Virus record (IMG/VR): IMGVR_UViG_3300045988_042754
Span: 1 to 29,957 of that record
Direction: 5' to 3' (one strand)
DNA length: 29,957 nt
Source of the DNA: a virus
Below, in pieces: positions 1 through 8,387 of this stretch (the stretch's first letter is position 1; each line of letters begins with the position of its first letter). The translations under genes were made by a program, and so were the position numbers. Below the pieces are notes generated by a model that made no database searches, was not told the origin of the DNA, and was given only the letters and a program-made list of their open reading frames with translations.

Positions 1-95
1 CACCCGGTCTAAAGACATACGGGAGTAGGGCTAAGTCAATGTGGGTAACTTGGGTGACCACCTACTCTGTCCAAAAATTTTTAAGAAAAAAAAAG
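1..95. repeat. Terminal direct repeat, copy 1 (identical to 29863-29957)
   Basis: CACCCGGTCTAAAGACATACGGG...TTTTTAAGAAAAAAAAAG was read at both window ends and matched base for base. Confidence 0.95.
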
Positions 96-149
96 AAAAA
101 AAAGAGTATATAAAAGATAAACCCCAAAGTAACCCACCCAAGTCACCCA
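43..149. promoter_or_regulatory. Right half of the TerL-portal intergenic array
   Basis: Contains inverted heptamers GGGTAAC (43-49) and GGGTGAC (52-58), A5T5 (74-83), A9 (86-94), A8 (96-103) and TATATAAAA (107-115). The dyad unit GTAACCCACCCAAGTCACCCA lies at 129-149. The region is non-coding and sits upstream of the portal gene. Confidence 0.6.
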
Positions 150-254
150 GCCCTTTTGTGACACTTAACATCTAACATCGCCTATCAGCTTGTGTCGGGC
201 GGTTGCTAAAATCGAGAGATGAACCATAAGCCACGAAGACCTTGGAGGTCGGCA

Positions 255-2486
255 ATGTCCATTCGAGAAAGTTTCCTACGTTGGCTCGGTGCCGGCGTAT
301 CCACAAGCAGGCTGTCAAGGGCGGATGCTCCCAGCCGTGAGATGACACCGTTGGGGTACGGGTGGAAAAGCATGAGCTTCAACGCCATCCCGTTCCATGA
401 CACGTTCGATAACCTGTTTCCGTACACGACGGCGATAGCCAACCGTTTCAGCTCGGTCGTGCCATACGCCATCGGCGCGGACGGTGAGCGTATGGATCCG
501 CAACCGGCGGCATTGCAGGCGCTCTACACTCCTAACAGCATGTTCAGCTACCGTGAGTTCGCGCACTTCATCGCCCAAAGCATCCTCACGCAACCGTATC
601 TGGACATTCTCGTATGGACCCGCTCGGGCAACACCATCGTGCCGGGCGGTGACATCAAGCCGGACAACATCGCCGGCTACACGTTCCTTCCACAAGGTTC
701 TCGTGAGTATTCCTCGAACCGTTCCACGTACACGGTGCAGGCGGACGTGGCGTTGCCGGACGGGGATGTGGAGACGCGCACGTTCACCCAGAACGAGATA
801 ATCAGCCTTGCATACAGCCGCCATCCGGTAGACCCGACTAGGACCGTGTCCCCCGGCATGACCGTATCCAAGTGGGCTAGCGTGGATGATTTCATCGCCG
901 ACTACGAGCGCGGATACTTCTGCAACGGGGCTGTGCCGGCCGGAATGCTGAGCATCGTGTCCAACGACCAGCAGGACTTCCAGCGCAACAAGCAGCGTAT
1001 CGAAGACAGCTTCAGGGGTGCGGACAACGCAAACGGCGTTCTGTACAACATGGTTCCGGTGGACCCGTCCACGAACAAGCCTTCGGACGTGTCGAAGATT
1101 TCGTGGACTCCGTTCCAGCAGGCGAACGACAGTCTTGATCTGGCTAGCCTCGACGATATCGTGAACCGTCGCATGGCGAACGCTCTGGCCGTGCCGGATA
1201 TCGTGCGCGGCATCGATTCGGGTCAGACGTATGCGAACGCGGAGCAGGCGGAACGCACGTTTGTGGACAACACGCTTCACCCGCTTCTTCTGTCGGTGTG
1301 GGACAAGTTCAAGTTCGAACTGGATCGTCTTACCGGTGGACTTGGATACGACATCACATTCGATCTGGACGTGCCGACCCGCACGGACGAAGAGAAGGCG
1401 AAGGCGGACACCGAGAACGTGAAGGCCACGACGTTCCTCGCTTTGGTTAACAATGGCGGCGACCCGGTTGCCGTGGCGAAGGCGCTTGGTTTGGATGATT
1501 CGTGGGGCCGTCTTGGCGTGACGATGAAGGATACGACGCCGGCGTTGAACATCAATCCCGGTTCGGCGGTGAACGCGCTCCCAAAAGACGATGGCCCGTC
1601 CGACGGTGACGAAAACGACCTTGCTGAGATTGGGAGTCTTCTCAGTACGTCCAAAACGGGGTTTGTACGCCTATCTGACGGGTTTTCATACCGTATCCGA
1701 CCTAGTGAGAGGGTTGCATACTATATGGCCCTTGGAGGGGCAAAGAAAGCCTTGAGGAAAATCATCTCCCAGGTGCGTTCCGATTCGTTTGCGTCCGGCG
1801 GGTACGAGGACCCGTACGGCGTCATCTCCACGGAACTGTCCGACGCCATGCTTGAGGCGCTTGTCCCGCAGGTGAAGGCGTATGCGGAGAAGACCGGAAA
1901 GCCGCTCATGGAGGCTGTCAAAGAGTATGCGGCCACCCATCCGGACGTGCAGGCCATACTCGACTCATACGGCGTTGACGTGTCGAAACTGTACGTGTGG
2001 GACGAACTGCCCGCCGACTACCATGCCGCATATCAGGATCGTGTCACCCATGTGGCCGACGATTTCACGGCGAACGGCCGCAACGCCATTCAGGAGCTGT
2101 TGGCCGAAGCCAACGCGAACGAGTGGACCGAGAACGACATCGAGAAGGCGTTGAACCGTTTCGTTGACGGAGACCGCGCGAAGCTCCTCGCCGTTAACGA
2201 ACTGGTGAACGCGCAACGCATAGGCTCCCTGTTTTCGGCTGAGGCGTTGTCCACGAACCTGAGCGTGAATATGGTGAAGGTGTGGAATACGACCGCCTCG
2301 GACCCGTGCCCCTTCTGCGCAGCGCAGAACGGCAAGGCGATTCCATTGGAGGAATCGTTCATGCCGGTTGGCGGCGTGCAGGTCATCGACGGCAAGATCT
2401 ACGCTAACGATTTCGTGGACATGCAGACGCCTTCGGGGCATCCGAGGTGCCGTTGCGTCGCAACGTTCAAGGTGGTGGATGAATGA
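255..2486 (+). CDS. Portal protein fused to a MuF/SPP1 gp7-like minor head protein domain
   Basis: The ORF spans 219-2486. GGAGG at 244-248 lies 6 nt before ATG 255, while ATG 219 has a poor SD. The N-terminal ~420 aa look portal-like. The C-terminal ~230 aa end in the MuF signature ...DPCPFCAAQNGK...PSGHPRCRC. Confidence 0.8.
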   Translation: MSIRESFLRWLGAGVSTSRLSRADAPSREMTPLGYGWKSMSFNAIPFHDTFDNLFPYTTAIANRFSSVVPYAIGADGERMDPQPAALQALYTPNSMFSYREFAHFIAQSILTQPYLDILVWTRSGNTIVPGGDIKPDNIAGYTFLPQGSREYSSNRSTYTVQADVALPDGDVETRTFTQNEIISLAYSRHPVDPTRTVSPGMTVSKWASVDDFIADYERGYFCNGAVPAGMLSIVSNDQQDFQRNKQRIEDSFRGADNANGVLYNMVPVDPSTNKPSDVSKISWTPFQQANDSLDLASLDDIVNRRMANALAVPDIVRGIDSGQTYANAEQAERTFVDNTLHPLLLSVWDKFKFELDRLTGGLGYDITFDLDVPTRTDEEKAKADTENVKATTFLALVNNGGDPVAVAKALGLDDSWGRLGVTMKDTTPALNINPGSAVNALPKDDGPSDGDENDLAEIGSLLSTSKTGFVRLSDGFSYRIRPSERVAYYMALGGAKKALRKIISQVRSDSFASGGYEDPYGVISTELSDAMLEALVPQVKAYAEKTGKPLMEAVKEYAATHPDVQAILDSYGVDVSKLYVWDELPADYHAAYQDRVTHVADDFTANGRNAIQELLAEANANEWTENDIEKALNRFVDGDRAKLLAVNELVNAQRIGSLFSAEALSTNLSVNMVKVWNTTASDPCPFCAAQNGKAIPLEESFMPVGGVQVIDGKIYANDFVDMQTPSGHPRCRCVATFKVVDE

Positions 2487-2668
2487 TGATGATTCCCATT
2501 CCATGCAAGCAATGCGGACGTTTCCTAGGAAAGCTGGAGACCGGTTCGCACGCGCAGTTCAAATGCCCGAACTGCAAGGCGCTGTGTGATTATGAAATCG
2601 TCGGTTTGGCTTGCTATCATGGGCGTGATAACGCGCATAAGGCCATTCAAGACCGCGCACGACAGTAA
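2483..2668 (+). CDS. Com-like CxxC...CxxC zinc-finger protein (61 aa)
   Basis: IPCKQCGRFLGKLETGSHAQFKCPNCK aligns by eye with phage Mu Com (IRCKNCNKLLFKADSFDHIEIRCPRCK). The ATGA overlap with the portal stop suggests translational coupling. Its stop lies 10 nt before the capsid gene start. Confidence 0.6.
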   Translation: MMMIPIPCKQCGRFLGKLETGSHAQFKCPNCKALCDYEIVGLACYHGRDNAHKAIQDRARQ

Positions 2669-2678
2669 AGGGGTTACT

Positions 2679-4505
2679 ATGGGCAGCTTGAACCTTGACG
2701 CCGGAAGCAGTGCGAAACTATCCGGTGAAAGGGAGCTGGTGTTCCTGGCTAATTCCGGCAAGCAGATGGACAACGGGTTGACCGTTGACCTGAGCACCCT
2801 CGAAGCGCCGCTCATCGACGGTTCGAAGAAGCTAGTATCGCAGCTCACGGATGACGATAAGCTGGCATTGCCGTTGCTTATCGACCATTCGTGGAGAATC
2901 GATCGGCAAGCCGGTACCATCACTAAGCTCACTGTGGACGAAGACGGTTTGGAGGCCGTAGCCAAGCTGGCTAACGTGGAGACCGGCGAACTTGTCTACC
3001 AGTTGGCGAAGGATGGGGCTCTCACCAACTCGTTCAGCATCAGTCTTGATTACTTTCACGATCCCGGCAAGGAAGGCATCATTTCGAATGCGCAGCTTGT
3101 CGAAATCAGCGTAGTATACAAGGGGGCCGACCAAAGGGCCGCGCTCCGAAGCGTCAACTCACATGAGGGAGACAATGCCATGACCATTATCAACGACAAG
3201 ATTTCCTCCAAGTTCGATCTCACCTCAGATCAGGCGGACGAACTGGAAGGCGTTATTTCCGATGCGGTGGAACAGGCCATCGCCAAGTACACCGAGAAGT
3301 CCAAGGATGATTCCACGGATGATACCAGCGGCACGGATGTTCCGCCCGCTTCCGATGACGCGGCTCCGGTCACGTCTTCCAACAGCAAGAAAGGAAACGG
3401 TATGAGCTTCAACCGTATCGTCCCGCCAGGCTCCCAGCCGGCCGGCAATGTCGCCACCTTCGGTCACGACCGTAAGACGTGGCTCGATTCCAAAGACGCA
3501 CTCGTGGCATTCGAGCGCGATCTCCTCGACACTGACAACCTTGGAGTGAAGGCGTTCAACGATCGTTGGGCGAAGACCGTCGCCTCCAAGATGGGCGAGA
3601 CCGCTTCGTTCGGCATCGGTCAGTCTGATGTTACCAAGCTGATTCCGACCGAAGCCATCTCCGTCATCGAGGATGCTTTGAACACTCGCGGGTCCGGCCT
3701 GTGGCCTCTGTTCAACAAGACCGGTCTTGACACGCTGACCATCGGCGCTAACAGCACCGACCTGAGCACCGATGCGGGCCGCGCCCACGGTTACGCTCCG
3801 TCCAAGTACGGCACCAACAAGACGGAAGAGACCATCACGCTTATCAAGCGTGCCCTGAACGCGGAATACACGTACAAGTACATTCGCCTGAACAAGGGTG
3901 ATGTGCGTAAGACCCAGCGTCCGGGCGCTCTGGTGAAGTACGTGCTGTCCGAGCTTCCGAACCGTATCATCCAGACCATCGAGAAGCAGGCCGTGCTTGG
4001 TTCCTTCGATGCGGACATGAGCCACTTCCATTCCATTCTCACCGACTCGAAGGATTCGTCTTCTGAGTGGGCTGGCAACAAGTTCGCTAAGACCCAGGAG
4101 CATGCGTCTGACGGCGTACTGCTGTACGACTTCGTTCGTGCCGCCGCCAAGGTGAAGGCTTCCGGCGCGAAGGTGCTTGTCACCAAGTCCGAGACAGTGG
4201 CTGAACTGCTGCTGTCCCTCGACGCCAACGGCCGTAGCCTTCTGCCGTTGGGTAACGCGGGTCTGGCTGGTGTGCTGGGTGTCTCCCAGATCATCACGCC
4301 GGAATGGTGGTATGACACGGATGATGCGACCGCTCTTGGCGTCATCTTCACGCCGTCCAACTACGATGTGGTCGGTGACACGTCCATCGAGGCGTTTACC
4401 AACTTCGCGCTTCAGACCAACACCAACGAATACTTGCAGGAGCTGTACGCAGGTGGCGGTCTCGCCAAGGAAAACAGCGCCGCCGTCATCGTGAAGAAGG
4501 GCTGA
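2679..4505 (+). CDS. HK97-type prohead protease (S78/U35-like) fused to the major capsid protein
   Basis: The start was moved from 2586 to ATG 2679, which follows SD AAAGGGG at 2667-2673. The N-terminus carries LPLLIDHSW...SFSISL...LVEISVVYKGADQRA protease motifs. An acidic, Ser/Thr-rich linker follows, and the C-terminal ~330 aa are HK97-fold capsid-like. Confidence 0.8.
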   Translation: MGSLNLDAGSSAKLSGERELVFLANSGKQMDNGLTVDLSTLEAPLIDGSKKLVSQLTDDDKLALPLLIDHSWRIDRQAGTITKLTVDEDGLEAVAKLANVETGELVYQLAKDGALTNSFSISLDYFHDPGKEGIISNAQLVEISVVYKGADQRAALRSVNSHEGDNAMTIINDKISSKFDLTSDQADELEGVISDAVEQAIAKYTEKSKDDSTDDTSGTDVPPASDDAAPVTSSNSKKGNGMSFNRIVPPGSQPAGNVATFGHDRKTWLDSKDALVAFERDLLDTDNLGVKAFNDRWAKTVASKMGETASFGIGQSDVTKLIPTEAISVIEDALNTRGSGLWPLFNKTGLDTLTIGANSTDLSTDAGRAHGYAPSKYGTNKTEETITLIKRALNAEYTYKYIRLNKGDVRKTQRPGALVKYVLSELPNRIIQTIEKQAVLGSFDADMSHFHSILTDSKDSSSEWAGNKFAKTQEHASDGVLLYDFVRAAAKVKASGAKVLVTKSETVAELLLSLDANGRSLLPLGNAGLAGVLGVSQIITPEWWYDTDDATALGVIFTPSNYDVVGDTSIEAFTNFALQTNTNEYLQELYAGGGLAKENSAAVIVKKG

Positions 4506-4513
4506 CGGTGATG

Positions 4514-4560
4514 GTTCAAAGGACGGATGGTTCACAACACTGTCCGTCCTTTGAACTTTG
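4514..4560 (+). terminator. 14-bp perfect stem-loop after the capsid gene
   Basis: GTTCAAAGGACGGA (4514-4527) pairs with TCCGTCCTTTGAAC (4543-4556), followed by TTTG. Confidence 0.55.
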
Positions 4561-4595
4561 AACCATTGGAATTGAACTTTTGAAAGGGGTTCAAC

Positions 4596-5084
4596 ATGAG
4601 TGAACCGAACAAAGCGACACTGCTTGCGCATCTGGTTAACGTGAAGCCTTCAGGCTCCGAGGGGAATATCGTCAAGGATATTGTTTTCCTCGATAAAAAC
4701 GGCAAACCGGTTGCCTTCGCCACGGCGGACAGTGCCCTCCAAGTGGACAAGACGAAGAAGAACGTGGTCATCAGCTTGGACAACAATGGCAGCACCGCGT
4801 ATCTTCCGGTCGGCAACACCGGCAAGGCTGTTCTCGCCGCCGCGAACGGTATCACGCCCGGCAACCTCGCCTCCTATGCTGCGACTACCAGCAAAGGCAA
4901 GACCGTCGCCGTGAAAACCGATGGATCAGGTTTCGATTTCACGGACGCCTATACGGACGCGAAGGCCGTCGCCGCTGTAAAAGCCAAGTCTCAGATTGCG
5001 GCGCTCACCGCCCTTGACACCGGCGCGGACCTTGCGACCACCGTGGCGAAGGTGAACGAGGTTATCACAGCGTTGAAGGCGTGA
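4596..5084 (+). CDS. Virion surface or head decoration-like protein (162 aa), function uncertain
   Basis: SD AAAGGGG lies upstream. The gene sits directly after the capsid gene and is bracketed by strong hairpins. The protein is Ala/Thr/Lys-rich with a C-terminal ...DLATTVAKVNEVITALKA helix motif. Confidence 0.4.
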   Translation: MSEPNKATLLAHLVNVKPSGSEGNIVKDIVFLDKNGKPVAFATADSALQVDKTKKNVVISLDNNGSTAYLPVGNTGKAVLAAANGITPGNLASYAATTSKGKTVAVKTDGSGFDFTDAYTDAKAVAAVKAKSQIAALTALDTGADLATTVAKVNEVITALKA

Positions 5085-5100
5085 TTCACAGGACCGTCTT

Positions 5101-5147
5101 GTGCCCGCTTCCTTGTATCATGGGAGGCGGGCACAATCGTTTTTTTT
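5101..5147 (+). terminator. Rho-independent terminator
   Basis: GTGCCCGCTTCC pairs with GGAGGCGGGCAC (12 bp including one G-U), followed by AATCG and T8 (5140-5147). Confidence 0.8.
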
Positions 5148-5160
5148 AGGGAGGTACCCG

Positions 5161-5817
5161 ATGGTTTTCACCAAGGATGACATGGATGCGTTTCAGCCGA
5201 AGTTCACCGGCCTGTTCGCCGTGTTCCTTCCGTCCGCGTTGAAGGCACTCGCCAAGTACACGTGTGATGCGTTCGAACCTGAATCGGAAGGCGTGAACGT
5301 GGTCGGCTATGTGGCGTATGACGGTCTTACCGTCCAACTACCCTACTGGTTCACGAACGTGAAAAAGGCCCGTATCGGCTCGAAGGACGTGGCCTATACG
5401 TTTACACCCGACCATGAGGTTTATGCCGAGGATGGGGCCGTTATGGGCCGTTTTGGACGTACTATCACCCTAGAGGGCAATCCGGTTGCGGTCGGCACGA
5501 TGGTGTACGTGGATGGCACGCATGGTTTCAAGGACTACCCGTATGCCGTGAAGGCGTTCATCGCCCGGCTTATCGTGGAGCTGTCGAAGGCGGACAACGG
5601 CGACAATCGTGTGAAAAGCAAGGCCATCGAGGATGTGAACGTCACGTACACGGACGGTTCCGCCGCGTTGACGCCATTCGGCCGCGCGTTGCAGGGATTC
5701 CAATCGTTGCTTGACGATTGGCGGCTGTGCGACGGGTGGAGCGTGCTAGGCATGATTGATACGCCGCGCCAGTGTCTGAAGCGTCCGTACTGGCTTGGGG
5801 AGGCTGAGTACCTGTGA
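5161..5817 (+). CDS. Head-tail adaptor/connector (gp6-like) protein
   Basis: The start was moved to ATG 5161 after SD GGGAGG. ORF-track start 5101 lies inside the terminator. The call rests on position after the capsid module. Confidence 0.45.
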   Translation: MVFTKDDMDAFQPKFTGLFAVFLPSALKALAKYTCDAFEPESEGVNVVGYVAYDGLTVQLPYWFTNVKKARIGSKDVAYTFTPDHEVYAEDGAVMGRFGRTITLEGNPVAVGTMVYVDGTHGFKDYPYAVKAFIARLIVELSKADNGDNRVKSKAIEDVNVTYTDGSAALTPFGRALQGFQSLLDDWRLCDGWSVLGMIDTPRQCLKRPYWLGEAEYL

Positions 5818-6179
5818 GTGAATGCGATCCGTTTGAGCTGTTTCCGGCGATGGCCCGCACGTGCGACTTGTCGAAACCGGCCGCGCCGGGGTTGAAAAGC
5901 GAGGTTGTGGCCGTGTTGAACGTCATGGTGAAGACCCAGACCGCTTCCGACGATTTCACCGACTACAACAGTCGGAATCTTCAACGCCGCTTCCATATCG
6001 AAACCGGTACGCTTCCGGTTGAGTACGTGTCCGACCCGGACATGCTGTTGGGTATGAATCTTGTGTTGAATGGGCACAGATATCGTATCAATCAGGTGAG
6101 CCGTGGTGATGATTTCGATCTGGGCGACCTTCCGTTCGTGTCCGTGATGGCTGTTCCGGCTGGAAAGAAGAGTGCGTGA
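5814..6179 (+). CDS. Head closure / head-tail joining protein
   Basis: GTGA overlap with the upstream stop. About 120 aa, in the connector position. Confidence 0.4.
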   Translation: MSECDPFELFPAMARTCDLSKPAAPGLKSEVVAVLNVMVKTQTASDDFTDYNSRNLQRRFHIETGTLPVEYVSDPDMLLGMNLVLNGHRYRINQVSRGDDFDLGDLPFVSVMAVPAGKKSA

Positions 6180-6502
6180 TGGGATACCGTTTCACCTATA
6201 ATCCGAGCTGGAAAAGCAAGGGCACCCAGATCATGCGGAAAGGTCTGGCACGCATGTTGTCGGACATTCACCAACAGGCGGTGCTGAACGCGCCGAAGAA
6301 GACCCGCGCCCTAGCCAACTCTGGAAGGTTCAAGATGGAGTCCGGTTTGAAGGGCAAGGTGACGTTCGGTGGCGGTGACGTTCCGTATGCTAAACGTCGT
6401 GAGTATGAGAACAAGCTTCACCCGTCCACCCGCTTCTATCTGAAGCGTGCCGGGCAGAGCGTGCAGTCCAAGGCGGACTCGTATTTCACGGACAAGATGT
6501 AG
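6179..6502 (+). CDS. HK97 gp10-like tail completion / neck protein
   Basis: ATG 6179 overlaps the upstream TGA. The pattern ...TRALANSGRF...VTFGGGDVPYAKRREYEN resembles the gp10 family. Confidence 0.45.
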   Translation: MGYRFTYNPSWKSKGTQIMRKGLARMLSDIHQQAVLNAPKKTRALANSGRFKMESGLKGKVTFGGGDVPYAKRREYENKLHPSTRFYLKRAGQSVQSKADSYFTDKM

Positions 6503-6511
6503 GAGGCTCGC

Positions 6512-6964
6512 ATGTTGGATTTGGCTTTCGCCCTCGCATTGGAGAACGCGGGGCTTGGCAAGTATGGTGACACGATCTGGTTCGGCACGTCGCCAGTGTT
6601 GTCGGATGGTTCCGTTTCGGCTGATACCGGTGTATGGGTGAACATGACGGCGGGCGCGGCCAACCATGCCGTGAAGACGGCGACCATCACCATAAGCACC
6701 CGCGCAGATGACGTGGTGTATCAGGGGCTTCTTGACGCTCATATCCACGACTGGTGCGACAACGTGCTTCCGTCCATGTGCGAATTGTCGTGTCATCCGA
6801 TTATCGAACTGTCGTACAGGCTGATCAGCGTGTCCGCGTCACAGGCGGAAACGTTGGAGGCGGTTGATTCGGAAGGACGGTGGGTGAAGACAATTACGCT
6901 TCAGGTGTCATACCAGTTGTCTGGCGAGCTGCCTTCATTGGAGGATTACGAGGCCATCGAGTAA
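6512..6964 (+). CDS. Tail terminator / neck protein
   Basis: Perfect SD AGGAGG. 150 aa, immediately upstream of the major tail protein gene. Confidence 0.4.
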   Translation: MLDLAFALALENAGLGKYGDTIWFGTSPVLSDGSVSADTGVWVNMTAGAANHAVKTATITISTRADDVVYQGLLDAHIHDWCDNVLPSMCELSCHPIIELSYRLISVSASQAETLEAVDSEGRWVKTITLQVSYQLSGELPSLEDYEAIE

Positions 6965-7035
6965 AGTAATTGGCAGACGGCACTTCGTTTGTGTCGTTCG
7001 CTTGCAAGTGCAAACAACCTACGTAGGAGGTCATT

Positions 7036-7875
7036 ATGACTCAATACAGACTGGTCGGCAAGAAAGAGGTGTATATCGGTTCCGAACGCATTCCGTCCGA
7101 GTGTATTGCGGATGAAATCGGTACCATCACCGTCACACCGTCCACGACCGAAATCAGTTCGCAGGCGGGTACGTTCAACGTGCCGAACGGCGCATATGAC
7201 GAACTGTCCGCCACCATCACGGTCATTATCCCGTCCGTCCGCTTCCTTGGCCGTATCTTCCCGAACCTGTGGAAGGCCGGCAAGTTCAAGTATGAGGGCC
7301 ATGAGAACGATGACGATTACACGCCTGGTCAGGTTTCCTTCGGCGCGAACGAGTGCCGTACCACCGACCCGGTAACTGTGGTAATCCATAATGCGTGCGA
7401 TACGGATTCCTCCCAGGATATTCGTATTCCGAACGCGCTTATCGCTAACGGCGGTGAGTTCGACGTGAACCTCACGGATCCGTTCGAGGTGGAGCTTCAG
7501 ATCAGCATGATTCCGGGTGATGTGCCCGCCGTTATCTTCGGTGAAGGCTCTCTGGACGAACCGACGCTCTACAATCCGAAAACTGGACAGTATGAGCCGA
7601 TTCCGGTTCACCCCACCGATTTCACGCTCACCCCCGCCAACGTGTCCGTCGCGACCGGCTCGACCGTTGACGTGACAATCGGCGTGGTCCCGGAGAACGC
7701 GACCGAGCGTACGCCGTCCGTCACGGTTGACCATTCCGACATTGCGGCCGTGTCCGTCACCACTGACGGCAAGGTGCGTGTCTCCGGCACTAAGGCCGGT
7801 ACAGCGACCGCCACCGTCACGGTCGGCACCATCAAGAAGACGCTGCCAATCACCGTGACCGCTGCGGGCAAGTAG
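7036..7875 (+). CDS. Major tail protein with C-terminal Big_2-type Ig-like domain
   Basis: SD AGGAGG. The C-terminus TLTPANVSVATGSTVDVTIGVVPENA...VSGTKAGTATATVTVG...ITVTA is a typical bacterial Ig-like (group 2) sequence. Confidence 0.75.
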   Translation: MTQYRLVGKKEVYIGSERIPSECIADEIGTITVTPSTTEISSQAGTFNVPNGAYDELSATITVIIPSVRFLGRIFPNLWKAGKFKYEGHENDDDYTPGQVSFGANECRTTDPVTVVIHNACDTDSSQDIRIPNALIANGGEFDVNLTDPFEVELQISMIPGDVPAVIFGEGSLDEPTLYNPKTGQYEPIPVHPTDFTLTPANVSVATGSTVDVTIGVVPENATERTPSVTVDHSDIAAVSVTTDGKVRVSGTKAGTATATVTVGTIKKTLPITVTAAGK

Positions 7876-7902
7876 TAGCGTCCTAAGCCACCGGTATAAT
7901 AT

Positions 7903-7940
7903 GAACCGTCCAATCGCCTTGGTTGGGCGGTTCACTCATA
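7903..7940 (+). terminator. Attenuator-type hairpin after the major tail protein gene
   Basis: GAACCGTCC (7903-7911) pairs with GGGCGGTTC (7925-7933) with one G-U, followed by ACTCATATTT. Confidence 0.4.
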
Positions 7941-7952
7941 TTTGGAGGCATC

Positions 7953-8387
7953 ATGGCTGAAGAACCCGAAACCACTGATTTCGAAGACTACGAGACCACG
8001 GATTTCGAAGACTACGAAACCACGGACGATGACGTTGTTCTCGAAGACATGCCGGTGTTCGACACGTCGAAGGCGTTGCGCCGCAAGCGGGTCGAAATCG
8101 ACGGCACCGTGTACACGATTCGTCCGGTAGGCACGAAGGATTACTACAATATCATCAAACAGCGCAACCGTATCCAGTACCTCAACGACAAGCTGGGATC
8201 CGACCCGAAGAGCCTCATTCAGGCGTCGAAGATGATGGATGACATGGTTGTCCCGCTCATCAGCCCGAACGATGATTTCAAGGCGTGGGCGCGGGCCACG
8301 AAGTCGAAGAGCGAATACGTGTACCGGCAGGTCATGGACCAATTGATCAAGCTCGCTATGCAGGGCGTCGAGGTGAAGAATGGCTGA
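7953..8387 (+). CDS. Tail assembly chaperone (gpG position)
   Basis: ATG 7953 follows SD GGAGG. The N-terminus is acidic. The gene lies between the major tail protein and the tape measure. Confidence 0.6.
   Translation: MAEEPETTDFEDYETTDFEDYETTDDDVVLEDMPVFDTSKALRRKRVEIDGTVYTIRPVGTKDYYNIIKQRNRIQYLNDKLGSDPKSLIQASKMMDDMVVPLISPNDDFKAWARATKSKSEYVYRQVMDQLIKLAMQGVEVKNG
7967..8026 (+). repeat. 24-bp tandem repeat, about 2.5 copies, encoding ETTDFEDY ETTDFEDY ETTDDD
   Basis: GAAACCACTGATTTCGAAGACTAC (7967-7990), GAGACCACGGATTTCGAAGACTAC (7991-8014), then a partial third unit. Confidence 0.9.

Noticed and set aside
315-1280. Long antisense ORFs opposite real genes: 315-1280(-), 3225-4631(-), 6946-7935(-), 9948-10811(-), 12331-13800(-), 22171-22992(+), 24873-25472(-), 26630-27256(-) and similar
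   Set aside because: Their translations are Arg/His/Val/Gly-rich and low in complexity, which is typical of the antisense frame of GC-rich coding DNA. They lack SD sequences. Each fully overlaps an ORF with clear protein-family motifs.
7895-7900. TATAAT hexamer between the major tail protein stop and the following hairpin
   Set aside because: It has no TG extension and no -35-like sequence. A transcript starting here would run immediately into the hairpin. It is more likely a chance match in a short AT-rich spacer.
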